This document shows, piece by piece, positions 46,566 to 57,451 of a stretch of DNA of 64,000 nt (position 1 is the stretch's first letter; each line of letters starts with the position of its first letter). Location of the stretch: the NCBI GenBank assembly GCA_965247095.1, contig OZ251997.1:1344001-1408000 (forward strand), given 5' to 3'. The stretch is from Candidatus Multivorans sp. Lineage in GTDB: Bacteria > Acidobacteriota > Thermoanaerobaculia > Multivoradales > Multivoraceae. Under the pieces are notes generated by a model. That model was not told the DNA's origin and made no database searches. It saw only the letters and a list, made by a program, of their open reading frames with translations. The position numbers and the translations under genes are program-made.

Positions 46566-47981
46566 TCAGAGCGCCGGCGAGGAGCGCAGGTCGTCGATCT
46601 CGACCGCAGATTCTCCGGCCCCACTCGGGCGCTCGGCATCGAGCAACGCGGCGCCGCGCTCGATCCAGGTGCGGCCGCGAATCCGGAGGGCCAGCAGGGC
46701 TGCCATCAGCATCACGTGGATGATGAAGCAGCTCCAGGCGCCGATCAGACCCCAGGAACGGGTCGCGACAAAGAGCAGGGGAACGAACACCAGCCAGGCA
46801 ACGCCGATGTTCACCAGCATGCTGTAGGTCGTGTCGCCGGCACCGCGCAGCGCCCCGGCCAGCACGTTGAACTGCAAGTCGAAGACCAGACAGACGACGG
46901 CGATCAGGAAGAGAGGTCTGGCGTACGGAAGCACTTCGACCAGCTCGGCCTGACGCACGAACAGCGCCATCAAGCGGTCGGGGAAGCCAACGTAGACGAT
47001 AGCGGTCGCCGCCATCGCCAGATAGCCGATTCGGAGCACTCTCCTCACCACCAGGCGAGCGTCGCGAAGCTGCTGCGCGCCGAGACACTGGCCGACCAGT
47101 GTCGTGGAGCCTGCCGCGAGCGCAACCGCAATCATGTAGGAGACCGACCACGCCTGAATGACCGCGTTCGTGGCGGCCATCTCCGCGTCGCCAAGGCGGG
47201 CGACGAGGGCTGTGAAGACGCTGATGCCGCCCAGTTCCATGAACACCTGGATGCCGATCGGCACACTGACGCGGAGCATCCTCGCCATCAGGGCGGACTC
47301 CGGGGGCCGGGGGGTCGAGGCATCGTAGTCCCTGCCAATGCGGGTCAGCAGCACGCCCCCCAGAAGCACCACCGCGACAACGAACTGCGCGATGACGGTC
47401 CCCACCGCGGCCCCGGCGGGGCCCAGCTCCGGGAATCCGTGGGCGCCGAAGATGAACAGGTAGTTGAGCCCGCAGTTCAATCCCAACTGGATCATGCCCG
47501 CCCACATCGGGATGTCGGTGCGGCCGAGCCCGCGGTAGTAGTTCTCCGCAACCAGGAAGATCATCAGCCCGATCGCGGCGGCCATCCGGACTTCCGTGTA
47601 CTCGGCGGCAATCGCCTGCGCTTCCGGCGAGGCTTTGGTCAGACTGAACACCCAGGTCGAAAGGGGCGAAAGCAGGAAGAGCGCCAGCCCGGCGCCCGCG
47701 GCCAGGTAAAGGCCCTGCCAGAACGCGACGCCAACCCGATCCCGCCGCCCGGCGCCGAAGAACTGCGCGACGAAGGTGTTCACGCCCTGCAGCAGGCCGA
47801 CGAAGAAGCTCAGGCACCACCAGGAGATGATCGCTCCCAGACCGACACCCGCAAGCGCCACAATTCCCAGCCGGCCCACCATCATCGTGTCGATCACACC
47901 CATCGCGGTGTGCGTCACCTGGGTCACCACCACCGGCGCCGTGAGCGCGAAGATGCGACGGTAGGAGATGTCGATCGTCAT
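46566..47981 (-). CDS. MATE family efflux transporter
   Basis: About 12 TMs; DTMMVGRLG, LNYLFIFG..GFPELG..GAA, GALRGAGDT. Confidence 0.92.
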   Translation of the reverse strand: MTIDISYRRIFALTAPVVVTQVTHTAMGVIDTMMVGRLGIVALAGVGLGAIISWWCLSFFVGLLQGVNTFVAQFFGAGRRDRVGVAFWQGLYLAAGAGLALFLLSPLSTWVFSLTKASPEAQAIAAEYTEVRMAAAIGLMIFLVAENYYRGLGRTDIPMWAGMIQLGLNCGLNYLFIFGAHGFPELGPAGAAVGTVIAQFVVAVVLLGGVLLTRIGRDYDASTPRPPESALMARMLRVSVPIGIQVFMELGGISVFTALVARLGDAEMAATNAVIQAWSVSYMIAVALAAGSTTLVGQCLGAQQLRDARLVVRRVLRIGYLAMAATAIVYVGFPDRLMALFVRQAELVEVLPYARPLFLIAVVCLVFDLQFNVLAGALRGAGDTTYSMLVNIGVAWLVFVPLLFVATRSWGLIGAWSCFIIHVMLMAALLALRIRGRTWIERGAALLDAERPSGAGESAVEIDDLRSSPAL

Positions 47982-47990
47982 GACAGACAG

Positions 47991-48689
47991 TCAGCCGAAC
48001 ATGGCTTCGAACTCGCCGGCCATACGCGGCCCGGCGCCCTCGTCTTCGTGCTTGAAGAAGACGTAGGCCTCGCGCCAGGGTTGCAGCCGAATCCTCTCGG
48101 CCCAGGAACGAAGAGCAGCCTCGTCGTAGTCCTCGCGGCGTAACCGCAGATAGCCGAAGTCGGCGGTTGCCACCAGCGGCGCGTCGTGGTTACTCCCGCT
48201 GTCCGCGATGCACAGCGACGCGCCCGCGGTCTCCAGCAGCGCGAACACCTCGTCGTCGAACCAACTGGCATGGCGGAACTCGAAGACGCCGCGCAGACCG
48301 TCGGGCAGGATCTCAAGGAAGCTCGCCAGCCGATCGACATCACGCTTGAGGTAGGGCGGCAACTGGAAGAGGAAGGGACCAAGGCGCTCGCCAAGCACCT
48401 CGGCGGTGCGAAACAGGTAGTCGACCGAGTCGCCGGCGTCCCGCAGGCGCTGGTGATGCGTGATCCGGCGAGACGCCTTCAGCGCGAAACGGAAGCCGTC
48501 GGGCACCGAATCGCGCCAGCGCTCGAGCAGGTCCGCCTTCGGCATCCGGTAGAACGTGTTGTTGATCTCCACCGCACCGAGCCTGGTGGCATAGAAGCCG
48601 AGCATGTCCGGCCCCTTCGTTCCAGACGGATAGAAAGATCCCGTCCACGCCGGGTAGGAGAACCCGCTGGTGCCGGTGCGTACCCGCAC
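47991..48689 (-). CDS. DUF72 domain protein
   Basis: GTSGFSYPAW, VEINNTFYRMP, LFQLPP, EFRHASW, YVFFKHE. Confidence 0.92.
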   Translation of the reverse strand: MRVRTGTSGFSYPAWTGSFYPSGTKGPDMLGFYATRLGAVEINNTFYRMPKADLLERWRDSVPDGFRFALKASRRITHHQRLRDAGDSVDYLFRTAEVLGERLGPFLFQLPPYLKRDVDRLASFLEILPDGLRGVFEFRHASWFDDEVFALLETAGASLCIADSGSNHDAPLVATADFGYLRLRREDYDEAALRSWAERIRLQPWREAYVFFKHEDEGAGPRMAGEFEAMFG

Positions 48690-48719
48690 TGTCGAACTGG
48701 TGTCGACCCGGTCGAGGCT

Positions 48720-50444
<1,725 letters not shown>

Positions 50445-50601
50445 GCTTCGTTCTCCGGAGGTTTCGATTCGGCCGCGGTAGCGCGTGTGTTCTCTTGGCG
50501 AGCCTCAGCCTGCAGTTCACCCCAACCGCTGGAGGAGCATCTCAGCCAGTTGCGGATGGTTGAACGGCCGACGAGGCGCAAGTGTACCAGTGTGAAGACG
50601 A

Positions 50602-50844
50602 TCAACCACCCTCTGGTGTTTCGTTCCGGTCTCGCTCAGGGGCCGTGCGTCCACCATCCCCAACATCAGAAGGGCCGGCAGTTCTTCCCCTTTCGCCCGT
50701 TCTTCCTCGATCCAGGAGGGCCTGACGGACCATGTATTCGATCTGCCCATTCACGCTTCGGAGTTCCGAAGCCGCGAGCCGCTGGATCTCTTCGTAGATC
50801 CCGGAATCGAGGCGCAAGAGAAACGCCTTGCGCGGAGCGGCCAC
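50602..50844 (-). CDS. Arc-like ribbon-helix-helix DNA-binding protein
   Basis: RKAFLLRLD..YE.IQRLA..ELRSVNGQIEY; follows the SPFH gene. Confidence 0.8.
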   Translation of the reverse strand: MAAPRKAFLLRLDSGIYEEIQRLAASELRSVNGQIEYMVRQALLDRGRTGERGRTAGPSDVGDGGRTAPERDRNETPEGG

Positions 50845-50882
50845 CGACTTCTAGCTCAGCACGTGCATCGTCGTCTGCCTGT

Positions 50883-51770
50883 CTACGGATAGAGGGTGCC
50901 GGCGTTCACGACCGGCTGGGTGTGTCGGTCGCTGCACAGAACGGCGAGCAGGTTGCTGACCATTGCCGCCTTGCGCTCGTCGTCGAGGTGGACGACGTTC
51001 TTTTCGCTCAGCATGCGCAGCGCCTGCTCCACCATGCCGACCGCGCCGTCGACGATCTGGGCGCGCGCCGCGACCACGGCCGCCGCCTGCTGGCGCTGCA
51101 GCATGGCCGCGGCAATCTCCGCCGCGTAGGCGAGATGACTGATCCGCGCTTCGATCACGTCGACGCCGGCGGTGGCCAGCCGCTCCTGCACTTCCCCTCG
51201 CAGCCGCTCGGAGATTTCGGCCGCGTGGTGCGAAAGCGAGATCTCACCCTCCTCGTGCGCGTCGTACGGGTAACCGGTGGCCATGTTCCGTAGAGCCGCC
51301 TCGCTCTGTACGTGAACATAGTCTTCGTAGTCGTCGACATTGAAGAGAGCCTCGGCGCTGTCCACCACCCGCCATACAACGACCGCTCCGATCTCGATCG
51401 GGTTGCCGGCGTTGTCGTTGACCTTGAGCTTTCCGGTCTCGAAGTTCCTGGTGCGCACGGACACGCGGCGCTTGCTCAGAAACGGGTTCGCCCAGCGCAG
51501 GCCGGTGCTGTACGTGCTGCCCCGGTAGGCGCCGAACAACTGCAGCACCCTCGCCTCGTTCGGTTGAACCATGAACAACCCCAGCATGAGGAAGATGACG
51601 ACCGGCACGCCCAAGGCGCCGGCGACGGCACCCGGCACGAAGCCGGCGCGCCCCGACAGGAAGACGACGAAGAAAAGGCCCACGAAGCTGGCGAGGAACA
51701 GGCACAGCATGCTCAGGCCCGACGTGACCGAGAGACGTTTCTCCTGGTGCTCTACCATCTTGTTTTCCAT
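50883..51770 (-). CDS. SPFH/Band 7 domain membrane protein
   Basis: AAGGAG SD; two TMs, [41 protein letters not shown]. Confidence 0.92.
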   Translation of the reverse strand: MENKMVEHQEKRLSVTSGLSMLCLFLASFVGLFFVVFLSGRAGFVPGAVAGALGVPVVIFLMLGLFMVQPNEARVLQLFGAYRGSTYSTGLRWANPFLSKRRVSVRTRNFETGKLKVNDNAGNPIEIGAVVVWRVVDSAEALFNVDDYEDYVHVQSEAALRNMATGYPYDAHEEGEISLSHHAAEISERLRGEVQERLATAGVDVIEARISHLAYAAEIAAAMLQRQQAAAVVAARAQIVDGAVGMVEQALRMLSEKNVVHLDDERKAAMVSNLLAVLCSDRHTQPVVNAGTLYP

Positions 51771-51822
51771 GAATGACGACTCCTTCTCTGGAACGCAGCG
51801 ACGGGCGGCCGCGGGTTCCGGT

Positions 51823-51852
51823 TGATATGAATATGATATCACTTCCATATCA
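51823..51852. promoter_or_regulatory. Symmetric operator TGATATG..TGATATCA..CATATCA upstream of the SPFH-RHH operon
   Basis: Outer inverted repeat and inner palindrome share one centre (51837.5); 11-bp period. Confidence 0.7.
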
Positions 51853-51885
51853 CTCTGCAAGCCTGGTGGCCGGGTGTTCCTCGAC

Positions 51886-53016
51886 ATGACAGAGAACCGA
51901 CCGACCCTCGAACCGGACGCCGTCCTCGAAACCGCCGCTCGCTTCCGGCTCGGCGGCGCACCGACCGCGGCCCACGAACTGCGGAGCGGGCACATCAATG
52001 ACTCCTACGTCGTCTCGAGCCGTGGCGGGCGGCGAGGACTCCTGCAACGGATCAACGAACACGTCTTCACCGAGCCGCGGCGGCTGATGGACAACGTGGA
52101 GCGGATCACCCGCCATCTCGCCAGGAGTCTCGGGCCGGGAAGCCGGCGACACCGGCTGACCCTGATTCCAGCCGACGATGGTCGGACGTGGGTCGAGATC
52201 CAAAGCGGTTCCGAAGGAAGCGGCGCCGGAGGCTGTTGGCGGATGTACGAACTGATCGAAGACGTGACCACCGAGGTGACCGCGTCGTCCACCGATCAGG
52301 TCTTCCGGGCCGCACACGCGTACGGGCGCTTTCAGGGCATGCTCGCCGACCTGCCCCCGCCGCCCCTGTTCGAGACGATTCCCCGCTTCCACGACACGGT
52401 CAGCCGCTTCGAGGCTCTGGACCGGGTGCTGTGTGCCGAGCCAGCCGACCCTGGCGCCGCGCGCCGCCGCGAACAGGCCCGAGCCGAACTCCAGGCCGCC
52501 GCTTCGCACCGAGGTCTGGCAGGGCGGCTGATCGAAGCCGCGGCTCAAGGCGTGCCCCAGCGAATCGTTCACAACGACTGCAAGATCAGCAACGTCCTCT
52601 TCGACCGGCAAAGCGGCGAAGCGCTCTGCGTCGTCGACCTGGATACGGCGATGCCCGGTCTCGCCGCTTTCGACTTCGGCGACATGGCGCGGTCCATGGC
52701 CCATCGGGGCGACGAGGACGCCCCCGATCCAGCCGGTGTCGAGGTCGACCTGGAACTGTTCACCGCCCTGGCCTCCGGCTATCTCGACGGCGCTCGTTTC
52801 CTGACTGCGGGAGAACGTCAGAGCCTGGTCGACGGCGCCCTGGTGCTGACGCTCGAACAGGCGGTCCGGTTCCTGACCGACCACCTGCAGGGCGACATCT
52901 ACTTCCGCGTCGAGCGAACGGGCCAGAACCTGGATCGTTGCCGGGTGCAGTTCGCGCTGCTCGAATCGCTGCTCGACCGCAGCAGGGACCTGCAACGGAT
53001 CGTGGACGGCGGCTAG
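51886..53016 (+). CDS. APH-family phosphotransferase (N-acetylhexosamine 1-kinase-like)
   Basis: [51 protein letters not shown]. Confidence 0.88.
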   Translation: MTENRPTLEPDAVLETAARFRLGGAPTAAHELRSGHINDSYVVSSRGGRRGLLQRINEHVFTEPRRLMDNVERITRHLARSLGPGSRRHRLTLIPADDGRTWVEIQSGSEGSGAGGCWRMYELIEDVTTEVTASSTDQVFRAAHAYGRFQGMLADLPPPPLFETIPRFHDTVSRFEALDRVLCAEPADPGAARRREQARAELQAAASHRGLAGRLIEAAAQGVPQRIVHNDCKISNVLFDRQSGEALCVVDLDTAMPGLAAFDFGDMARSMAHRGDEDAPDPAGVEVDLELFTALASGYLDGARFLTAGERQSLVDGALVLTLEQAVRFLTDHLQGDIYFRVERTGQNLDRCRVQFALLESLLDRSRDLQRIVDGG

Positions 53017-53032
53017 CCCGCAAATCCGCAGA

Positions 53033-54997
53033 TCACTGGGTGCGCCGCTGCGAGGATTCCTGGAAGGCCTCCGTGTCCACATCTCCGCAGATGCTCCCCT
53101 GTTCGTTGCGATAGCTCTTGGCAACGCCCGTCACGGCATCTTTGACCGTCAACGTGTACTCGACATCCGAGACACCCCCGTAGAGCAGCCAGAAGTGGCC
53201 GTTGAGCGCCCGGCCGTCGAGCACCTTCGCCGCCAACTCGATGTTGGACGGGTTGAAGAACCAGAAGAAGTCCGTCTCCGCGGTCGTCAGCGACGACGCG
53301 ACCTTTGCGGCCATCTCCTGTTCCACGTCCGGATCCGAGATGTTCGGATCGACGAAGCGAACCTCGATCGAGAAGCGGTCGTCCAGCACGCATAACCGCT
53401 CCCGACCCGCTTCACAGTGACCACCGCCATGAACGGGCCGTGCGACCCGGGTCGGATCGAAAGGCAGAGCCCGCACCCGAAGCAGATCGAGGCCGGCAGG
53501 ACCGGCGATGCCATCGGCGCGAGCCGAAGCGCCGGCACTTGCGCCGGCACTCTCCAAGAACGCCTTCGTATCGTTCCGCCCGCAAATCCGACCCTGCGGG
53601 TTGTGGTACGTCCGCTTGGCGCCGTTCGCCACGTCCCGCACCGTGATCCAGTATTCGACGTCGGAGAGCGCGCCGAAGAACACCCAGTGATTGCCATTGA
53701 GCGCGCGGCCGTCAAGGACCTTGACCACGAGTTCGATGTTGGCCGGATTGAAGAACCAGAACAGTCCGGACTCGTCCGAGACATCCACCGGGACGCTGCG
53801 ACCGATGCCGTAGTCGTCGAACCGCGTGGCGTTGGTCCAGTGCACCTGGACTTCGAAGCGGCCATCTCGCAGGCAGAGGAACTGCTCCCTGGCTCGGCAG
53901 GCACCCAGGTAACTGCCGGTGGTGGCGCTGACCTCCTCGGAGTACTCCAAGCCCCCGCCGGCCCGTTCCGCACGCAGCCGGAATGTGTAGGGCGCCCCCG
54001 TCTCGAGACCGTCTATACGCACCTGGCCCTCCGAGGCCGCGGCGGTCACCAGCCGGCGCCAGCGCGTCTGCTGGCTGCGCGCCTCGATGCTCAGTGTTCC
54101 CCTCGCAGCCTCGGCCCATTCCCCCCTCCAGAACACGATGACGGCGGTATCTCCCGACGCCTCCACCCCTACGTCTCCAACGAACCGCGGGTCCGGGTCG
54201 TCCGGGTCGTCGGATTCCAGCAGTTCGAAGGTCAGCTTCGCCATCGGCGCATCGGTGAACTTGCCCATCCCCCGGATGCTCGTGATCGTTCCCCGGGGCA
54301 CGGTTGCCGGATTGTCCAGGGAGAACTCGGTTCCGTCTTCGGTCCCGGCGTCGTAGGGAAACAGGTCGACCTCGTGGCTCGTCAACCATTCGCCCCGACC
54401 GTCGAGTAACGAAACCCCGGAGACTCCCACGAACCAGTCCGGACTGGGCGCGATCATCGTGACCAGCGTGACCAGGGGAAAGTCCCTGGCGGCCTCGAAC
54501 TCAATCGTCCCCGAGGCAGTGCCGCCACGCGGAATCGATCTCTCGAGCACGGCACGCACGTGCGGGCCGCGGCCCATCAACGCCGCCAGTTGGCCCTGAA
54601 TCCCGAGTTCCGCCACCCGTTCGAGTTCCCGGCTGGCAGTGCCGCCGCGCCTCCAGAATCTCACTTGGTCGTTGTGGACGGCGCCGATCAGCGGGGAGAA
54701 GTGCGCGCTACCCGGCAGCCCGCCCGGCGTGGCGGCGCGGGTCCAGGCACCTTCGAACGTCAGCCGGTACCTGGCCGACCCGCCGCCGGAAGACTGTGCC
54801 GCCGCGGGAGCAGCCAGCCAGCAGCAGACGCCCGCCACCGCCAGACTGCCGCCCAGGCGGCGAAGACGGTTCAGTCTCCGGGGCGTCGCAGCGTTCCCGT
54901 CAACCCGGCGTGCCGCAGGGACGGATCGGCTCGAGGAAAGCGGCAATCGCCTCGCTCCCTGGAGTTGAATCGGCCCCGTCGTCGTCCTCAACTGCAT
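53033..54997 (-). CDS. Secreted Spondin_N domain protein with FN3-like domain and two KVLDG C-terminal domains (start uncertain)
   Basis: AHFSPLIGAVH, TMIAPSPDWFVG, YDAGTEDG; signal peptide ending AAA-Q. Confidence 0.85.
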   Translation of the reverse strand: MQLRTTTGPIQLQGARRLPLSSSRSVPAARRVDGNAATPRRLNRLRRLGGSLAVAGVCCWLAAPAAAQSSGGGSARYRLTFEGAWTRAATPGGLPGSAHFSPLIGAVHNDQVRFWRRGGTASRELERVAELGIQGQLAALMGRGPHVRAVLERSIPRGGTASGTIEFEAARDFPLVTLVTMIAPSPDWFVGVSGVSLLDGRGEWLTSHEVDLFPYDAGTEDGTEFSLDNPATVPRGTITSIRGMGKFTDAPMAKLTFELLESDDPDDPDPRFVGDVGVEASGDTAVIVFWRGEWAEAARGTLSIEARSQQTRWRRLVTAAASEGQVRIDGLETGAPYTFRLRAERAGGGLEYSEEVSATTGSYLGACRAREQFLCLRDGRFEVQVHWTNATRFDDYGIGRSVPVDVSDESGLFWFFNPANIELVVKVLDGRALNGNHWVFFGALSDVEYWITVRDVANGAKRTYHNPQGRICGRNDTKAFLESAGASAGASARADGIAGPAGLDLLRVRALPFDPTRVARPVHGGGHCEAGRERLCVLDDRFSIEVRFVDPNISDPDVEQEMAAKVASSLTTAETDFFWFFNPSNIELAAKVLDGRALNGHFWLLYGGVSDVEYTLTVKDAVTGVAKSYRNEQGSICGDVDTEAFQESSQRRTQ

Positions 54998-55610
54998 CCA
55001 CCCTCCGGCTCTCCCCCGCGGGACCGAACCAGATGCCCATACGCATCCGCTCGTCCCCCGGGCAGTCGAACTCGATCAACGTCACGATCTCCCCGAACTG
55101 TTCCCCTTGCTCGAACATCGTGCTCCCGCGGAAGGTCGCCCACCGCGCGGAAACATCCTCCCGGCCCAGATCGCCGCGCCCGAGATTCTCCTCGAGATCG
55201 AACTCCAGCCCCATGTCCCGCAGGGCCGGCGCTTCCGACGTCTCACCGTCGAAGAACGCCCTCAGGTCATCGCCTCCCCACCGGGTCTGGACGTAGTAGA
55301 AGCCCCGTTCCCCGAACTCCCCGGACCAGGGTTCCGCGCCGGGAGGCAGGTCCGAGAGGACGACCATGTCGATCACGAAGGGAACGGAGATCACACCCAC
55401 CGCGTGGAACCCGCCCGGCGCCTCGTCGGCGCCCAGAATCTCGAGAGCCCGGTCCTGCCGCCGTCCGGGATCTTCGTTGTCCGCAGCAATGTTCCGAGCG
55501 GCGCGGACACCGACGAACGTGAGGCCGCCAATGACCACGACCGCAAGCACGACGAGCCCCAGGCAGCCCATGAGAACGTAGAACCAGGGCGAACGGCGCT
55601 CGGCAGCCAT
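54900..55610 (-). CDS. Membrane-anchored hypothetical protein
   Basis: N-terminal PW.YVL.GC plus TM helix; high-GC codon usage. Confidence 0.65.
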   Translation of the reverse strand: MAAERRSPWFYVLMGCLGLVVLAVVVIGGLTFVGVRAARNIAADNEDPGRRQDRALEILGADEAPGGFHAVGVISVPFVIDMVVLSDLPPGAEPWSGEFGERGFYYVQTRWGGDDLRAFFDGETSEAPALRDMGLEFDLEENLGRGDLGREDVSARWATFRGSTMFEQGEQFGEIVTLIEFDCPGDERMRMGIWFGPAGESRRVDAVEDDDGADSTPGSEAIAAFLEPIRPCGTPG

Positions 55611-55662
55611 GAAGGAGGGACCGTAGCACGCACCCGCGGGGCGGCAGCGCTATGCTTCGCCC

Positions 55663-56052
55663 ATGACCGGAATCGCCCGTCCCCTCGCCACCAACAACGC
55701 CTCCGGGAAGGCGGTGGTTCAGGACACCCCCCTGGAGCGGACGATCCGCGCCAAGCTCGAAGCGGCGACCGGCGCCGAAGTGCTGGAGGTTCTCAACGAG
55801 AGCCGGATGCACAACGTACCGCCCAAGGCCGAAACCCACTTCCGGGTCGTCGTCGTCAGCAGACGGTTCGAAGGCGCAACCCGGCTGCGCAGGCACCGCG
55901 TCGTCCACAGCGCCTTGGCCGATGAGTTGGCGGGGCCGGTCCACGCCCTGGCGATCGACGCCTGGACCCCCGCCGAATGGCAGGCGCGGGGCGAGAACCG
56001 GAGTCTGTCCCCGGACTGCAGGGGCGGCTCTCGGTTCGATTCCCCGGAGTAG
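55663..56052 (+). CDS. bolA: BolA family protein
   Basis: LEVLNES.MHNVP...ETHFRVVVVS..FEG...RHR.V..VHALAI. Confidence 0.92.
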   Translation: MTGIARPLATNNASGKAVVQDTPLERTIRAKLEAATGAEVLEVLNESRMHNVPPKAETHFRVVVVSRRFEGATRLRRHRVVHSALADELAGPVHALAIDAWTPAEWQARGENRSLSPDCRGGSRFDSPE

Positions 56053-56074
56053 CGGACCGGGAGTCCGCGCGGCG

Positions 56075-56731
56075 CTACGGCTGCGGGACGACCCGGATGT
56101 ACGGCAGGGGCTGCTGCCAGCCCTGCGGGTACTTGGCCTTGGCGGCCTCGTCCGACACGGCCGGCAGAATGATCACGTCGTCGCCCTGCTCCCAGTTCGC
56201 CGGCGTCGCCACCTGCTCCTTCGCCGTCAACTGCACGGAGTCGACCAGGCGCAGGATCTCGGCGAAGTTGCGGCCGGTGCTCATCGGGTAGGTCAGGGTC
56301 GCCTTGATCCGCTTGTCCGGGCCGATGAGGAAGACCGAACGGGCCGTGGCATTGTCCATCGGCGTGCGTCCTGCGGAGGTGTCGCCGGCATCCGCGGGCA
56401 GCATGTCGTAGCGCTTGACGATGTCCAGCGTCGGGTCCCCGATCAGCGGGTAGTTCACGGCGTGGCCCTGGGACGCCTCGATGTCCTTCGACCACGCTTC
56501 GTGGTCCGAGACGCCGTCGACGCTGATGCCGATCACCTTGCAGTTGCGCCGGTCGAACTCGCCCTTGAGACCGGCCACGGTGCCCAACTCGGTCGTGCAC
56601 ACCGGTGTGAAGTCCTTCGGATGCGAGAACAGCACGCACCAGCCGTCGCCGATCCACTCGTGGAAGTCGATCTCTCCCTCCGTGGTCTGGGCGGTGAAGT
56701 TGGGAGCCTCGTCGTTGATTCTGAGCGCCAT
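56075..56731 (-). CDS. 1-Cys peroxiredoxin (Prx6)
   Basis: FSHPKDFTPVCTTE, YPMSTGRNF, VATPANW. Confidence 0.95.
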   Translation of the reverse strand: MALRINDEAPNFTAQTTEGEIDFHEWIGDGWCVLFSHPKDFTPVCTTELGTVAGLKGEFDRRNCKVIGISVDGVSDHEAWSKDIEASQGHAVNYPLIGDPTLDIVKRYDMLPADAGDTSAGRTPMDNATARSVFLIGPDKRIKATLTYPMSTGRNFAEILRLVDSVQLTAKEQVATPANWEQGDDVIILPAVSDEAAKAKYPQGWQQPLPYIRVVPQP

Positions 56732-56936
56732 GGTTCCTCCGGTCTATCGGGTCATCTGTTGTCTGGATCTACTTGGAAGCGGCAAAAGATGACCATTCTA
56801 GTCACGTTTGGCGCGCTTTGCGCCGGCCACGCCGGATGCGCAGGAAACCGATCGCGATAGAAACGAGCGATGCGCTTGAGATTCCGGCGAGCAGGCCATG
56901 GACTTTCGTCTGCTGACCCTCCGCCGGCTCGACTGA

Positions 56937-57392
56937 TCAGCTCGAACGCCGGTCCGTCCCGATGTCGACCTGCCGGCGCAGCTCCTCGAGCTCGCTGCGG
57001 TCCGGCCGCAGGTTGGCCGCACCGTGGATGTAGACGTGTTCGACGCCGGCAGCGGGCACGGTCGTGTTCCAGTGCAGCAAGATGCGCACGCAGCGCTCAA
57101 GGCCCCCCGGAACGGCCATTTCGTGCCCGCACATGAGCGCGGCGTCGCGCCACCCCATCAGCCGTGCCGCCAGGGCCGGATACTCCGCGGTCAGGTCGGG
57201 TGAGGTCGTGAAGATGGCGCTCGCCACGTCCTCCGGGTCGATGTCGTTGGCCTGAACCATCCGCTTGAGCAGTTCCGCGGTCGCGGTCAGGATCTCCTCC
57301 CGGCTCGAGCCCTCAACCGTCGTCGCGCCGCGGACGCCGCGGCACACCGGGTGACGCGAACGCTTGGCCTTCGTACGTGGCTTGGGAGGCAT
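56937..57392 (-). CDS. aroH: Chorismate mutase, AroH type
   Basis: [38 protein letters not shown]. Confidence 0.92.
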   Translation of the reverse strand: MPPKPRTKAKRSRHPVCRGVRGATTVEGSSREEILTATAELLKRMVQANDIDPEDVASAIFTTSPDLTAEYPALAARLMGWRDAALMCGHEMAVPGGLERCVRILLHWNTTVPAAGVEHVYIHGAANLRPDRSELEELRRQVDIGTDRRSS

Positions 57393-57451
57393 GGCGGCGA
57401 GGTCAGTGGGTTCGATCCGAGGCGGAAGGAAGCCGCGAACTGTACCGCGTC

